Assembly: GCA_965112735.1 (NCBI GenBank)
Contig: OZ218964.1
Coordinates: forward strand, 1,674,001 to 1,738,000
DNA length: 64,000 bases
Direction of reading: 5' to 3'
Origin: Phaeosaccion multiseriatum
Lineage: Eukaryota > Protista > Ochrophyta, other classes
The position numbers and the translations under genes are program-made. This document shows positions 35,047 through 47,644 of this stretch, piece by piece. The first letter of the stretch is position 1, and every line of letters starts with the position of its first letter. Under the pieces are notes generated by a model. That model was not told where the DNA came from. It saw nothing but the letters and a program-made list of their open reading frames with translations, and did not search any database.

Positions 35047-36597
35047 TTAGTAGTAGTCGCCAGTCGCCTTGCCCTGTGCGTCGAGCAGGCCTGACCAGTA
35101 GTTTGTCTCGAACTGCAGCTTGAGGTTACGGTTGATGCGCACCTCGATGTTTCCGCGGCTTGCGCGCACGTTGAACACGGCAAGGTTCCTTGGGGGCTCA
35201 AGCTTTCCGAGCACAAGGGGTCCCAGCACTGGGGGGAAGGGGCACCAGTCTCCAACCACCTCTCCAGTCTCCAGTGAGAAAGACGTCTTGTGCAGAGGGC
35301 ACACCAAGTTCCCCGATGCGCTAACAGATCCCTGGTCTAGGGGTGTGCCCAGGTGGGGGCAGATGTTGGCGGCGGCGTAAATGGCGCCATCTAGGTCGGC
35401 GGCAATGAGCAGCTGCAGGCCGTCCGTCTCCACAGGCACAAGCTCTCCGGCCGCGATCTCAGACGTCTTCAACACAGGCACCCACTCCTCCTGTGAGTGG
35501 CCGAGGAAGGGGGCGGGGAGGGATGGGCAGGGAGGAGAGAAGAGAAACCGCGGGGAGGCAGAGACAAGCATGTACGTAAGACGACGGGAGAACATGAGCG
35601 GCCACACAAAATAGTAGGCGTTGGCCAAGGCCGTGTAGAGCGAGCATCCGACTCTACCAGCCACAGCAGCAGGGCCGCAGTCGCAGGCACCACGTCTGCA
35701 AGACTTGCAACCACATACGCACGGCCAAATACCATGCACCACAGAGAAAACACTCCCCTCTCTGTCGCCTTCCATTCACTGCATTCACAAGTGGTCCATT
35801 TCGCAAGCTATCCAATCGCAAACAGGAACTGTTCACCGCTACACGACGCACCTTTGTCTTCACTGCTGCCATTCTAGTGCCTGAGCGTTGGACGGGCATG
35901 CCAACCCTGAGGGTGTTGGTGGTGACTGCGAGGGAAGGCGGGAAAGGAGTGGAGAGAGAGGAGCAGCAGGAGCAGTGGGGCGGGTCAGGCCCAGGGGCGG
36001 AGTAAAGTAAAGGCGGCATCTGCAAGACAGCTCTGCGCTTCATTCTCTTTCACAACCACAGTAGTGGCACCAAGCGTGTGCCACGTGAGATTGCACTCCA
36101 GGCAGCTCCTCCCGGCCTCGCATATCACACCGTTCCCCACCCTCCAGAGAACGAATTACAATCTCCAGCTGGAACGCTCCCACAGCACTTGGAGAGAACG
36201 AAAGGCGCCTCAAGGCCAGTGTGCATCGCATCCCTCCTGCTGATGCTTGCTCTGGGGGGCGGCTTGCCTCTCGCGCAGCTCCCTCCTTCACGCTGAGGTA
36301 CGTACTCAAAACATGCGCACTCCTCAACGTAGGAAGGAAAAAGAAATCCAGGGAACCACAGTCCGCCGTGGAACCAGGTCGTCCCTTTCCAGGCACCCCA
36401 CCATCACGTCCCCTCTAAGCCCTACCCAGCAACGGCGAAGGCTTGGCCCCCCTGCGTGGCCGTTCTGCTGGTGTTGGCCGATTCCTGCTCGACCTTTGGC
36501 TCATGCTCATACAGCCAAAGCCCCCCCGCATCTTACCAAAAGCATCAGCGCTGAGCCCCAAGGTAGCAGTGACGGCAATCAAAGAGGTAACCTTCAT
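35047..36597 (-). CDS. Rieske [2Fe-2S] ferredoxin-like protein, probably plastid-targeted; last exon 35490-35047 secure, 5' exons uncertain
   Basis: CPHLG...CPLH Rieske ligands. Candidate first exon MKVTSLIAVTATLGLSADA-F at 36597 followed by a gtaaga donor; intermediate exons not resolved. Confidence 0.8.
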
Positions 36598-37600
36598 GGT
36601 GGTATGTGTGAAGAGGCAAAGACAGGAGCGACTGAAATGGATGGTGAAATGATCCAAAGCCTCAACCCACATCGTCAAAAAAAAAACCCGAGGGGAGCCG
36701 ACCCTTACGTGACCCTTAGGTAAGAGTTCAACGCTTCATTTATTTTGTCCACGTATGTGTTTGTCACAAAACCGCGACCGCGGCTCATCGGCTCAGACAA
36801 TTCAGGCCAATCACTCTTCATCTTGGTAGCTTAATCCCACGTTGCTCTTCACCCAGAATCTCGAAGCCGGGGAAGGGGGGGGGTTGTTCGATACGCGATT
36901 TAATTTGCCGATCTTCTCGATTATGCTCAATTCAACATTTACGCTTCCCCTCTCCTCTCTCTCTCTCTCTCTCTGTGCCCTTTCTACCGCCCTGTGCAAG
37001 CTTTCCAAAAGCTCGACAGGCATGTATATATATATACGTACATAACACCAACCATCTCATCTGACCGAGTACTTCAGGACGATGAAGCGGACGAGGATGG
37101 AGGATGGTGTATGCAATCGAAACGCAATCGAGCCCGCAGACCGACCCCGGCTTTTCGCTCCTTCGCTTCCTTCGCTTCTGGCGTCTGTGAGGCCAGAACA
37201 AGCCCCACCCTACCGCAGGCCCGACCTCGGCTTTCTCTCCACACCTCTGTGGAGCTCTTGCTGGCTTTTTGTGGAGGCCTGTCTCGTGCACTCGAACGCT
37301 ACCTCGTCCTCCTCCCAGGTGCCTCGTGTGTGTGGCTGCGGAGAGGGGGGAAGGCCAGCTTCTACACCTTGCTGGAAGGCAGACGGAGCCCACGTTCGTA
37401 CCCGAGCAGTCCCCGACAGTGCCGACCAACTCCAAAGGGGCTTGTGGCTGCCCAGGCTCAGTGCGTACAGGTGTGCGTAGGTACGAAGGTAGGTAGGTAG
37501 GGGGGGGGGGGGGGGCGGAGAAGCAATGCCTCATGCTCCACCCAGTGCATTGTTGCTCCACCACTGTCCGCCACGGTCACTACGTACTTTCCCTAATTGC

Positions 37601-38316
37601 TTACCCCACCCCCTCCTCGAACCTCTCTTCGCACGCCAGCAGCTGCAGCAGCACGGGCAGGTGCGTGAGCGCGTGCGCCCCTCCGAGTATGCGCTCCATG
37701 TCCCCCGTGAGGCGTTCATCGTCCTCGCAGCCCCGCACCTGCTTGAGGTACCTGTGGGCAGGGCAGGGTAGGGGTATACGCGCAAGGTGGAGGTACATGG
37801 GTAGGGTAGAGGCATATGGGTGGGGCAGGGTAAAGGTATATGGGTAGGGCAGGGTAGAGGCATAAGGGCAGGAAAGGGTAGATGTATATGGGTAAGGTAG
37901 GGTAGAGCATATGGGCAGGGCAGGATAGAGGTGTATGGGCAGGGCAGGGTAGAGGTATGGGCAGGGTAGGGTAGGGTAGAGGTGTATGGGCAGGGCAGGA
38001 TAGACGTGTATGGGTAGGGCAGGGTAGAGGTGTATGGGCATGGTAATGTGTAAGGGGGAGGGAAGGGTGGAGGGATATGGGTAGGGCAAGGTAGAGGTGT
38101 AGGGGTAGGGCAGGGCAGGGCAGGGTGGGTAGGCAGGTAGGTAAGGAAGTGTTCGTTCAATGGACGGCACGCCAGAGTAAGTAAGTCCAAGAGTAGCCCC
38201 ACACGAGTACGCCCCAAGTGGATGGCGCACCCAGAGAACGACGCCCGACTTTGGACCTCTCCTCAACAGAACCAACAAAAGCACCAACACAAACAACGGC
38301 AACGGCAACGACGACG

Positions 38317-38394
<78 letters not shown>

Positions 38395-38597
38395 GGTGGG
38401 GGGGGGGGAGGAGGACCAAAAGCTCCCAACACCTTTGCCCTTGCACTAGCTTGCTGGCTTGCCTGTATGCTTTGAGGAAGGTGGCCAGGCCGAGCTGCTC
38501 CTCCAGGTGCATACGGAGGGCCTCGATGCGGTTGCCGGTGGAGTCTTCCGGCCTCACCAGCACCTCCTGTGTCGTGATGCAGTACAGCGGGTGAGTG

Positions 38598-38640
<43 letters not shown>

Positions 38641-39753
38641 GAGAGAGAGAGACCCGTTGGAGTGGAGGGGGTGAAGGAATATCTCGAGCAATACAATACA
38701 AAGAATGGGAGAGTGGGAGAGGGGAGAGAAGGCAGGGCAAGGACGCAATAGACACTAGAGGAGGGAAAGATGGCAGCTGACATCACACCGGCGGCGGCCA
38801 ACACACGACAGGATTGCCCTTCCTTCCCCACCTGTTGGGTCTCCGGACGCAGTACGAGCCCCGCAATGGTCGCGTTCCAATTCAGAGTGTCTCTCGAGGG
38901 TGAAGAAGGCTCTCCAACAGCCTCCTCCTCCTCCTCCTCCTGCTTCTCCTCCTCCTCCTGCTCCTTCTTCTCCTTCTCCCCCTCGCCCTCCTTTTCCTCC
39001 ACATCCTCCTCCTTCTCCTCCTTCTCCTCCTCCTCCTCCTCCTCCTCCTCCTCCTCCTCCTCCTCCTCCTCCTCCTCCTCCTCCTCCTCCTCCTCCTCCT
39101 CCTTGTCAACGTCATCGCCCTTCCTATTTGTGTCCTCACTTCTCTCCGCCCAGCCTCCTTCCTTCTCCTCGCCAATCAGGAGCGTCTCCTTGCTGAAGGT
39201 GGCCAGCAGTGAAAGGCCCTGAAGCTGCATTCCCGAGAACGTCAGCTGCCCTCCCCCTCCTCCACCTCCCCCCCCCCCTCCGCCCTCTGCAGGGATGGTC
39301 ACTTCTGAGGACAGGGCCAACGAGGGGTCACCGCCCTCACCACCACTCTCATCACCACCGTTGTCATCCCCATCGGCATCTCCTCCAAGGCCGCTAGGCT
39401 GCGGGCTGAGTGACACACCATCGGCTCGGCCGCTAGAGGCCTTGGAGAGCCCCTCCGCTTCGCCGCCCCCATTCCCCTGGACCTCGCCCTCCTTGCCCTC
39501 TCCCTTCTCCTCCTTCTCCTTCTGCCTCTCCTCCGTGTCCTTCTGCTCTTCCCTCTCCTCCGCGCCTTGCTTGTCCTCGCCGGACAGAAGCGCGGGGGCA
39601 GGGGCAGCAGGAACGCCGAGGCGCTCGCCAGTATCCCCTCTTTCCGCCGCCTTCCCTTCAGCCGTCCCTTCCACTGCAAAAGCGCCTCGCTCTACGGCAT
39701 CACTCTGTTTCTCTTCATCCTTCGAAACCTTCGCGTCCTCCGCAGCAGGAGCA

Positions 39754-39787
<34 letters not shown>

Positions 39788-41442
39788 CCGCGGCAAGGTC
39801 AGTGCCCTTACGCCCTCCCCCTGCCCCTCCCCCTGCCCCTCCCTCCGCCTTTCCCTCCTCCTCATAGAAACCAAAATCATCATCAAAATAAGCAACACCA
39901 TCACCATTACCCTCGTCGTCGTCGTCGGAGGAGGAGGAGGAGCTGTCGCTGCCCAGCTCCAACACCTCCTGCATCTGACGCAAGATGGCCTGGTACTCGT
40001 CCGTCGACCCGTGGAGTCGCATGTCTTCCATTCCAAAGCTCTCGCTACCTTCCAAGTCGCCACTCTCACTCTCGTCGCCCCTGTCGCCCTCGTGAGAAGC
40101 AGCATGCCCATGCATCTCCACCCCCCCTTCTCTGGCATACGAAGAAAAATCCTCTCCATGTACTTCCACCCACCCGTCCCCTGCTGCCGCTGGACCCCCC
40201 CCTCCCTCCTCCCCCTCCCCCTCCCCCTCCTCCCCCTCCTCCTCCTCCTCCTCCTCCTCCTCCTCCCCCTCCTGGCGGGCAGTCCCCCCACCATTGCCTG
40301 CCCCCACTACCATCATCATCGCCTCCTCCCTCCCCTCGGCCTCGGGGTCGTCTTCATCGTCCGACATATTTCCGCTTATCACCCTGTGAAGCTCCGCCAC
40401 CACCGAGGGCTCCTCCAAGATGCCGTGTTGGCCAATCGCGTCGCGGAGGAGAAGATTGATGCGCTCATTCTCCCCCTCCTCACCCTCCTCCTCGTCCTGT
40501 TCCTCCTCCCGTTCATGCTCCTTCTGCTCTGTCATGCGTTGCTCCAGCAGTGCCAGGTACTCATCATCACCTTCCAGCCCCCCGGCCATGCCCATGCCCA
40601 TCCTTCCCATACCCTCCTCCCCGTCGTCCATCATGTCAGCCCCCCCTCCTCCTCCGCCGCCTCCTCCTCCTCCTCCTCCTCCTCCTCCTCCTCCTCCTGC
40701 TGCGGCAAAGGCATCGGCTGCACCTAAGCTCGACACGGGGGTGGTCGGCATTGGCATCCTGGTCACAGAAGCAGTAGCAGCCACCTGAATGCTGACGTCA
40801 ATCTCATCACCTTTGCTCCCTCGCCTCTCCCTCTCCCTCCTGCCCCTGGCTATCATTGCCTTGAGAGCTGTGCGCTCCTTATCCTTCTCCTTCTTAAGCG
40901 CCCTCGCCCTCTCCGAAAAAGGATCGAGAGGTTCGGATGACTCCACCCTCGGTGATGACTTGGCCTTTCCTCTGCCCGCACCCCTGCCCACCCCCGCTCC
41001 CGCCCTTGCCAAGGAGGCCTTCTCCCCCTCCCCCCCCTCCTCCATCCTGGGGGTTAGGGGCTTGAGAGCAAGCGTTCCTACCCCGGCCCCTGCTCCCATC
41101 CCTGCTCCTCCTGACCTGCTGCCGCCCGCGCCGCCGCCCCCTTCCCCCTCCTCAGAGGCCAAAGCCCTTCGCTTGGCGGCAATGAGTGCGCGCATTTCGC
41201 TTCTGCTTGAGTCTCTCTCATGCCTGAGCTTGGCGATACGCTCGTCGTGCGCTGTCCCGTACCCTCGTGGCGTTACGCTTCCCTTCCCTCCTAGCCCCTC
41301 TCCTGCCCCTCCCCCACCTCCTCCCAGAGCACCGTCCAGGAGCCGCTTGCTTTCCACCTCCGACGAGTGTCTTCGCCCTTGCCCAGGACCCGCCTCCCCT
41401 CCTGCGCCGCCCCCTCCCTTGGCCGCGCGTCGAGGGGTATGA

Positions 41443-41475
<33 letters not shown>

Positions 41476-43937
41476 ATCACCAACTGCTGCTGCTGCCGGC
41501 TCGGCGAGGGCCGATGCCTGGGGCTGGCCTTCGAGGAGGGCACACTGCGATCTGTGCCGCTTCCTCTCTCTCTCCTTGGCGTCCCTCTGGCTCGTGCGTG
41601 CTCCCCCAGCGCAATGGGGGAGTGCGCCAGACAGTCGATCTGCTGCTTCAGTGCCGCCATGTCCAGCCTCCTCTGCTCCATGCCAGCGCCCTCCCTGGCC
41701 ATATGTGGGTGCAAAGAGCGCCCGGGGGGGGGAGGGAGGGAAGAGAAGGGGAGTGGACGAGCCAAGAAAGAACCATGAGGAAGTTAGTGGGGAATCACTG
41801 CCACGTCACGTGTGCGTGTGTGTATGTGTGTGTGAGAGAGAGAAGGTGTGTGGCAAAGCTTCGACTCACCGCGAGCTGAGCACCTTACGCGGCGGAGACA
41901 GCGAAGCCTCGTCCGAACTTCTGCCGCCTTCCTTCCGCTCCTCCTTCCCCTGGCCCTCGCCCCCGGAAAGAGATCCGTCAGAATGGCCCTCTGCATCTTC
42001 CTGGCCACCTCCTGTGCCCACTCCTGTGCCCACTCTGGTGCCCCCTGCGGCGCTGCCGTGCCCTATGTCAACGGGACTGGAGCCGCACGGCGACAGATTC
42101 GTCCCTTCTCCCCTTTGTCCTCCTCCTCCTCCTGCTCCTCCTCCTCCTCCTCCTCCTCCTCCTCCTCCTCCTCCGGTGGCAGGGGTGGGGGAGGAGGGCC
42201 GTAGCGGGGATCGTCGAGGGCTGCGAGAGCCTCTCGCCTCGGAGCCGTCGTTACTGACGTGCCCCACCTTGGACTTGAGCGCCACCATCTTCTGCTCCAA
42301 GTCTCTGAACCACCCCTTGGCCAGGTCCAGCTTGGCACGTGGGGAGTGACCACCACCACTTCCACCACCACCACCACCACCACCAGCAGCAGCAGCACCA
42401 CCACCACCACCACCACCAACGGCGGCTAGCGGAGACGGCGTTGACGAGTCAGTGGGGCTTGCGGTGAGGCTGTCCACCTCTGCGTAGCAGCTGCCGGATG
42501 GAGAAGGAGGCCCTCGAGGCTCGTGACGCTGTTGCTGCTCTGCTTCCTCGCCCTCTCTTCTCTCTTCCTTCTCCTCTCCCTCCTCCTCTCCCTCCTCCTC
42601 CTCCTCCTCTTCCTCCTCCTCCTCCTCCTCCTCCTCCTCCTCCTCCTCACTCTCCTCGCTCCTTTCCTCTTCCGATGCACCACCGTCATTGCTGCGACGG
42701 TGCCTGGCGACTTCGACGGGGTCCATCGCCATAGGGAGATTGAGGCTCTCGTTCATCCTGCACCGGTTGGTGGAGACCTTCGCCTCTTCCTCCGGCCCCT
42801 TCGGTCCTCTCCTCGGCTGCCGTGCACCGTCCTGTCTCGCTCCGCTGTTCCTATCCCCACCTCCATACTTCTCTTCTGCCGCTTCTAGTGCTCGTGCTGC
42901 TCGTGCCACTCTTTCTGGTGTTGGTGCTGGTGCGGTCGGGGAAGCAGAGGCCGCAGAAGAATGCGCGTTCCCTGCTGCTAGGTCGGGCACAAACGCTGGG
43001 GGCAGATCCAAGCTCTCCCTCTTCACTCTTGCAGGGGCCTCTCCGCCCTGCTTTTCTCCATCCCTACCTCCTGGACCTGTTGGTGAAACAGCTGCTGCCA
43101 ACTTGGCCTCCGCCGCTTCAGCGTCCTTCGCTCGTCCCTCTCGGTCACGGGGCTTGGGAATGGAAGTGGCAGCAGCAGCAACAACAACAGCAACAGCAGC
43201 AGCAGCAGTAGGAGGAGGAGCGGAGACCTCGGACGCAGCGACGGCTGAAGAGACAGCTGCCACAGCGGCTGCCGCTGCTTTGGCTGCAGCTGCTCCTTTT
43301 GCCGCTGCCGCCTCGGCTCTGGCGGTGGACAAAGAGTCGTGTGCTGCGGGGATGCCGAAGATTGCTCTCGCCGCCGCTCTCCGCTGCAAGACTTCCTCGT
43401 TCTCTGCCCTACTCCTGCTGCTGGCCTGTGCCACGCCAGATTCTTTCGTCTCTCTGCCCCCCCCCACCCCTCCTGCAAAGTCCGAGACAGCCCGGCCAAG
43501 GCCCTTTGAAGGAATGGCAGCCGCGGCTGCAGAGGGGGCAGGGGCGCCGCGAGGAGTTACTCGGGCCGAGGAAGGCGAGGCAACAGCAACAGGGCCTCGA
43601 GGGACAATGATCATGCCTTTGGCGACGGCCTAAGAGGAGGAGGAGGAAGAGGAGGAGGAGGAGGAGGAGGAGGAGGAGGAGGAGGAGGAGGAGAAGGAGG
43701 AGAAGGAGGAGGAGGAGGAGGAGAAGGAGGAGGAGGAGGAGGAGGAGGAGGAGGAGGAGGAGGAGGAGGAGGAGGAGGAGGAGGAGGAGGGAGCAAGCGA
43801 AAGCATAAGCGGGGGCAAGTGAAGACAAACGAACAGGAAGAGAAGAGGCCCTCGTGTGGTGCGCGTCGAATGCAAGCGGACAGCAATCTACGACAGTCTG
43901 ACTTAGGGCCAGAGGGAACGCAGGAGGGGGGGGGGGA

Positions 43938-44005
<68 letters not shown>

Positions 44006-47000
44006 GCACGCACGCACACATGTGCTCACAGCAGCATGCTTCAAGGGCTCCCTCCCCAACTCGTAGCGCATTCATCCCTCTTCCCTCTCCCTCTCGCTCT
44101 TGCTCTCCTGCGCGTGCCGCCATTCCTCCTTACCTGCTGGCTCATGTCGTTCTTTAAGCGCTGCATCGCCTCGGCGGCATTGTTCTTGTCGCGCTGACCC
44201 ATGACAGCTGCTTGCCCCCCTCCCGCCCTCCCTCCCGCCCCTCCCCTTGCTGCTACCGCTGCCGCTTCCATCACCTTTGGCGATAGGCCCAAGGCCTTTC
44301 TGGCATAGTCTGCTCGCTCCTTCGCAGCTGCTGCCGCTTCACCCTCCCTCGATAGATCGGGCGCGGCTGCTACTTTTACACCAACTGCTGCTGCTGAGGC
44401 TGCTCTTACTACGCCTCGCTTAGCACGATCTCGATCCACAGCCGCAGCTGCTGCCGCTGCTACTCCCGCTGCTGCGGCCGCTGCCACCCCCCCCTTCCTT
44501 TCCGCCTCCCCCTCTCGCCTTCGCTGCCTAGCCCTGTCAGCCTCGTGTCTCTCGGCCTCTCTCTGCCGCAGCAGCCTCTGATACGAAGGCATCTTTGCGA
44601 GGGCCTCTCCCCCCCTCCCGCCCCCTCCTCCGGACGGCACTACCCGTGGCGAAGCTCCTACTGCCGCCGCGGCGGCTGACTGCTGCCGCTGCTGCCCCTC
44701 CCGTGCAGACAGGGCCTTCGCTTGGAGCTGCCGGCTCGAAGGCCGACCTCCTCCTCCTCCTCCACCACCACCACCACCACCGAGGCCAATGCCCGCCAGC
44801 CCCAGACGAGGCACCACGCCTCTCCGGGGCGGCGGTGCACCGTTGGCAACGGCTCGCCCCGCTGGACGACCACCACCTGCACCTGCCGCTGGGGCCCCAC
44901 TCGCACCGCTCCCTCGCCTATGGAGCTGCTGTTGCTGCTGTTGCTGCTGCTGCTGCTGCTGGCGACTGCTCTCTCTTTCTCTCGGGCGGGGTGTGAGGTG
45001 GGCAGGGATGTGGGGCTGGCTTGGACGAGTGGGCCTGCTGCTGCTGACGCTGCTGCTGCTTCGGACGCTCCCATTGCTGCTCTGGCGGACTAGCTCTGGC
45101 GATGCTGCTGGTGGGGAGGCCCCAACGGCAGACCCCGGTGATGGGATCTTCGCAATGTGTTTCTGGGAGTGAGTGAGTGAGTGAGTAAGTGAGTGAGTGG
45201 CAACAGAAAAGTAGGAGAGGGAGAGAAAGAGAGGGGGGGGGCGTTATAGTACAGGACTGGTGGGGTGGGGTGTGAGGGCCCTCGTGGTTGTGTCTATCCA
45301 TACCCCCCTCCCCATCCTCCCCGCTCTCTCACCTGGCCGTGGAAGACGGTGTGGCTGAACTCCTCATGCACTTGCGCCTCGCTGAGGAAGTGACCGATCT
45401 TGTTCTTGATGATGCGGTGCCTTAGAATGGAGTTGGTGCTGGGGCGGGCAGACGGGTTCTTGGCCAGCATCTCGCTAATCAGCGCCTAAGGCCCCACGGG
45501 AGCAAGAGGGCGGACAAGAGAGAGAGAGTGGGAGAGAGGGAGACAGAGGGAGAGGGCGAAAGAGGAGGCAGAGAGGAGGGAAACTCAGAGTGAGAGTAGG
45601 AGAAAGGGGGGGGATGGAAGGTTGGGAGTGGGTACTTCGATAAACTGAAACTGATTCTGAAACAACCAACCCACCCACCCACCCATCCACCCACCCGGAG
45701 GTCCGCGCTGTAGCGTGCGGCCGAGACGGGAGAGGGCTGTCCTCTGCAGATCTTGCCCACGAGCTGCCGCATGTTGGCTCCCTCGAAGGCGTGCTTGAGT
45801 GTCACCATCTCGTACAGCACGCAGCCCAGGGACCAAACGTCGCTCTTGTGATTGTAGCGCCTCTCCTGCGTGATCTCGGGCGACATGTAGTAAGGGGTCC
45901 CGATGGCCGTCTTGGCGCATTCCAGCGTAGATGACAGGATCTGCGACAGACAATCGGTCAGTCAGTCAGTCAGTCGGGTGTGTGTGGGGGGGGGGGCAGG
46001 GGGTATGGGGTGGCAAGGGGGGCAGTCGATGTGAAGCAAAGGAGTGACGGCGGGTGAGGGCAATCGCTCCGCGCCACCCCTAGACTTTGACTTATCCCCC
46101 CCCCCTCCGTGGCGCTCCTCTGGAACGCCACGTTGACTGACTGCTGTCCACTGCTGCGGCTGACAGCGACAGCGAGAGCACCAGCAAGATGCCCTGACTC
46201 TGCCTACAGCCGCTCAAGATTGCTGTCTATCTGTGCTGCTTCGAACCCGTTCCTAGTCCCATCCCGAAGCTCCCGACGCTCCCGACGCTCCTGCCCCCTC
46301 TCCCCTTTCCTCCCCGAGCGACATACCTTCGCGATACCGAAGTCTCCTAGCTTGACGACGCGGTTCCTGGTGAGGAAGATGTTCTGCGTCTTGAGGTCCC
46401 TGTGCAGGATCTTTCGGTCGTGCAAGTGCTTCATGGCTAGGGTGATCTGTCAAATCGGTGATTTCACGAGTTCGAGTTCGAGTTCGTTTGCACACAACAT
46501 GGAGGAGGGTGAAGCGGCAGTCAGTGAGGCCAACATCGTAGAGGGGAGTGAGACAGATACAGAGACAGTGGGAGCTGGGGGGCGGCGTCCTCCCCTATGG
46601 CCGCGCCGGGTGAGGGGGGGAGGTTGCTATGGAGTGGCATTTTGCAAAGTGACACCTCCGCTCCCCGCCATCGAAGACGGCTCACTCGCTCACGTCTACA
46701 CAGACGGGAGGTTGGCTAGGGAATTGGGACTTCCGGACTTCCTGCCAGTCCCTTCTACCTGCCATAATAGTCTCCACATCTCCAATTTCTGATCAGTGAC
46801 CTGTGGCACTTTCTTTCGCACCCACCCCATCCCCCGCACACTCCGGGCGCTCACCTGTACAAACCACTCCAAGACGCGGTCTTCCGAGAGGTAAGAGGAA
46901 GGCCTCTTAGAGCGGAGGTACGCGTATAAATCTCCCCCATCTGCATACTCCATCACGATGCACAACACACCGCCCTGCCGCGTAAGGAAGAAGGACTCCC

Positions 47001-47449
47001 AGTACCCCACTATGTTCGGGTGGCGAAGGGTGGATAGGAGCGCCGCCTCCTTGTGTGCCTGTCACGGATATGGATACAGGCATCAGGAGAAAACGATGAG
47101 TACAGTTCAATAGAAGAAGGTCTTGTCCCGTTTCCATGCTCCCTTGGCGTCGACAATGCCGGGAGGCTCAAAGACCGATGACGGAACGAAGCAATACGAC
47201 GGCTGTTGTTGCTCCGACAAGCCATATTCCTCCTCTGCTTCCCGCTCAATACTCTCTCGTCGCTACAAGCATCCCTCTTGCGGCATTCAGGCTGTAAATT
47301 CTACTCGCCTCCTTCTTGGCTTGACTGCTGAGCTTGGCGGTGTTGATCTGCTTGATGATGCATTGTCCCCTGTCTCTCCTGGTCTCGCACAGGATTGCTT
47401 TACCGAAGCTCCCCTGCCCGACTACCTTTACTACCTTGTACTTGTCCAT
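37601..47449 (-). CDS. NEK1: NIMA-related kinase (NEK1-like), ~10 exons, >2000 aa with very long low-complexity middle
   Basis: [76 protein letters not shown]; C-terminal [26 protein letters not shown]...LLQLLACEE as in NEK1/NEK11. Confidence 0.88.
37755..38145. repeat. Degenerate ~24-bp G-rich minisatellite (GGTAGGGCAGGGTAGAGGTGTATG-like) in the last NEK intron
   Basis: About 15 imperfect units read directly. Confidence 0.9.
38318..38394. repeat. (CAA)n microsatellite, intronic
   Basis: Direct reading. Confidence 0.95.
43634..43790. repeat. (GGA)n microsatellite; reads (CCT)n as the 3' splice-site pyrimidine tract of a NEK intron
   Basis: Direct reading; abuts the cttag acceptor at ~43631. 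Confidence 0.9.
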
Positions 47450-47644
47450 GTCGTGTGAATCTTATGCAGGGCATATGCCCTTGCCTCTTGTGATGTAGCC
47501 GGTACAACTGTACAGGAAACAAGCTCAAAAATAGAACCCGCCCTCGGTTCTATCACATTTGGCGCTTGACATGTTGGGACTTCGCTCTCTGACAAGCTTT
47601 TTTTTTTTTTTTTTGTTGCTCCCCATACCTTCTTTCCTTAGCCA

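Noticed and set aside
36811-37500. Short ORFs between the Rieske and NEK genes
   Set aside because: No recognisable domain or convincing exon structure
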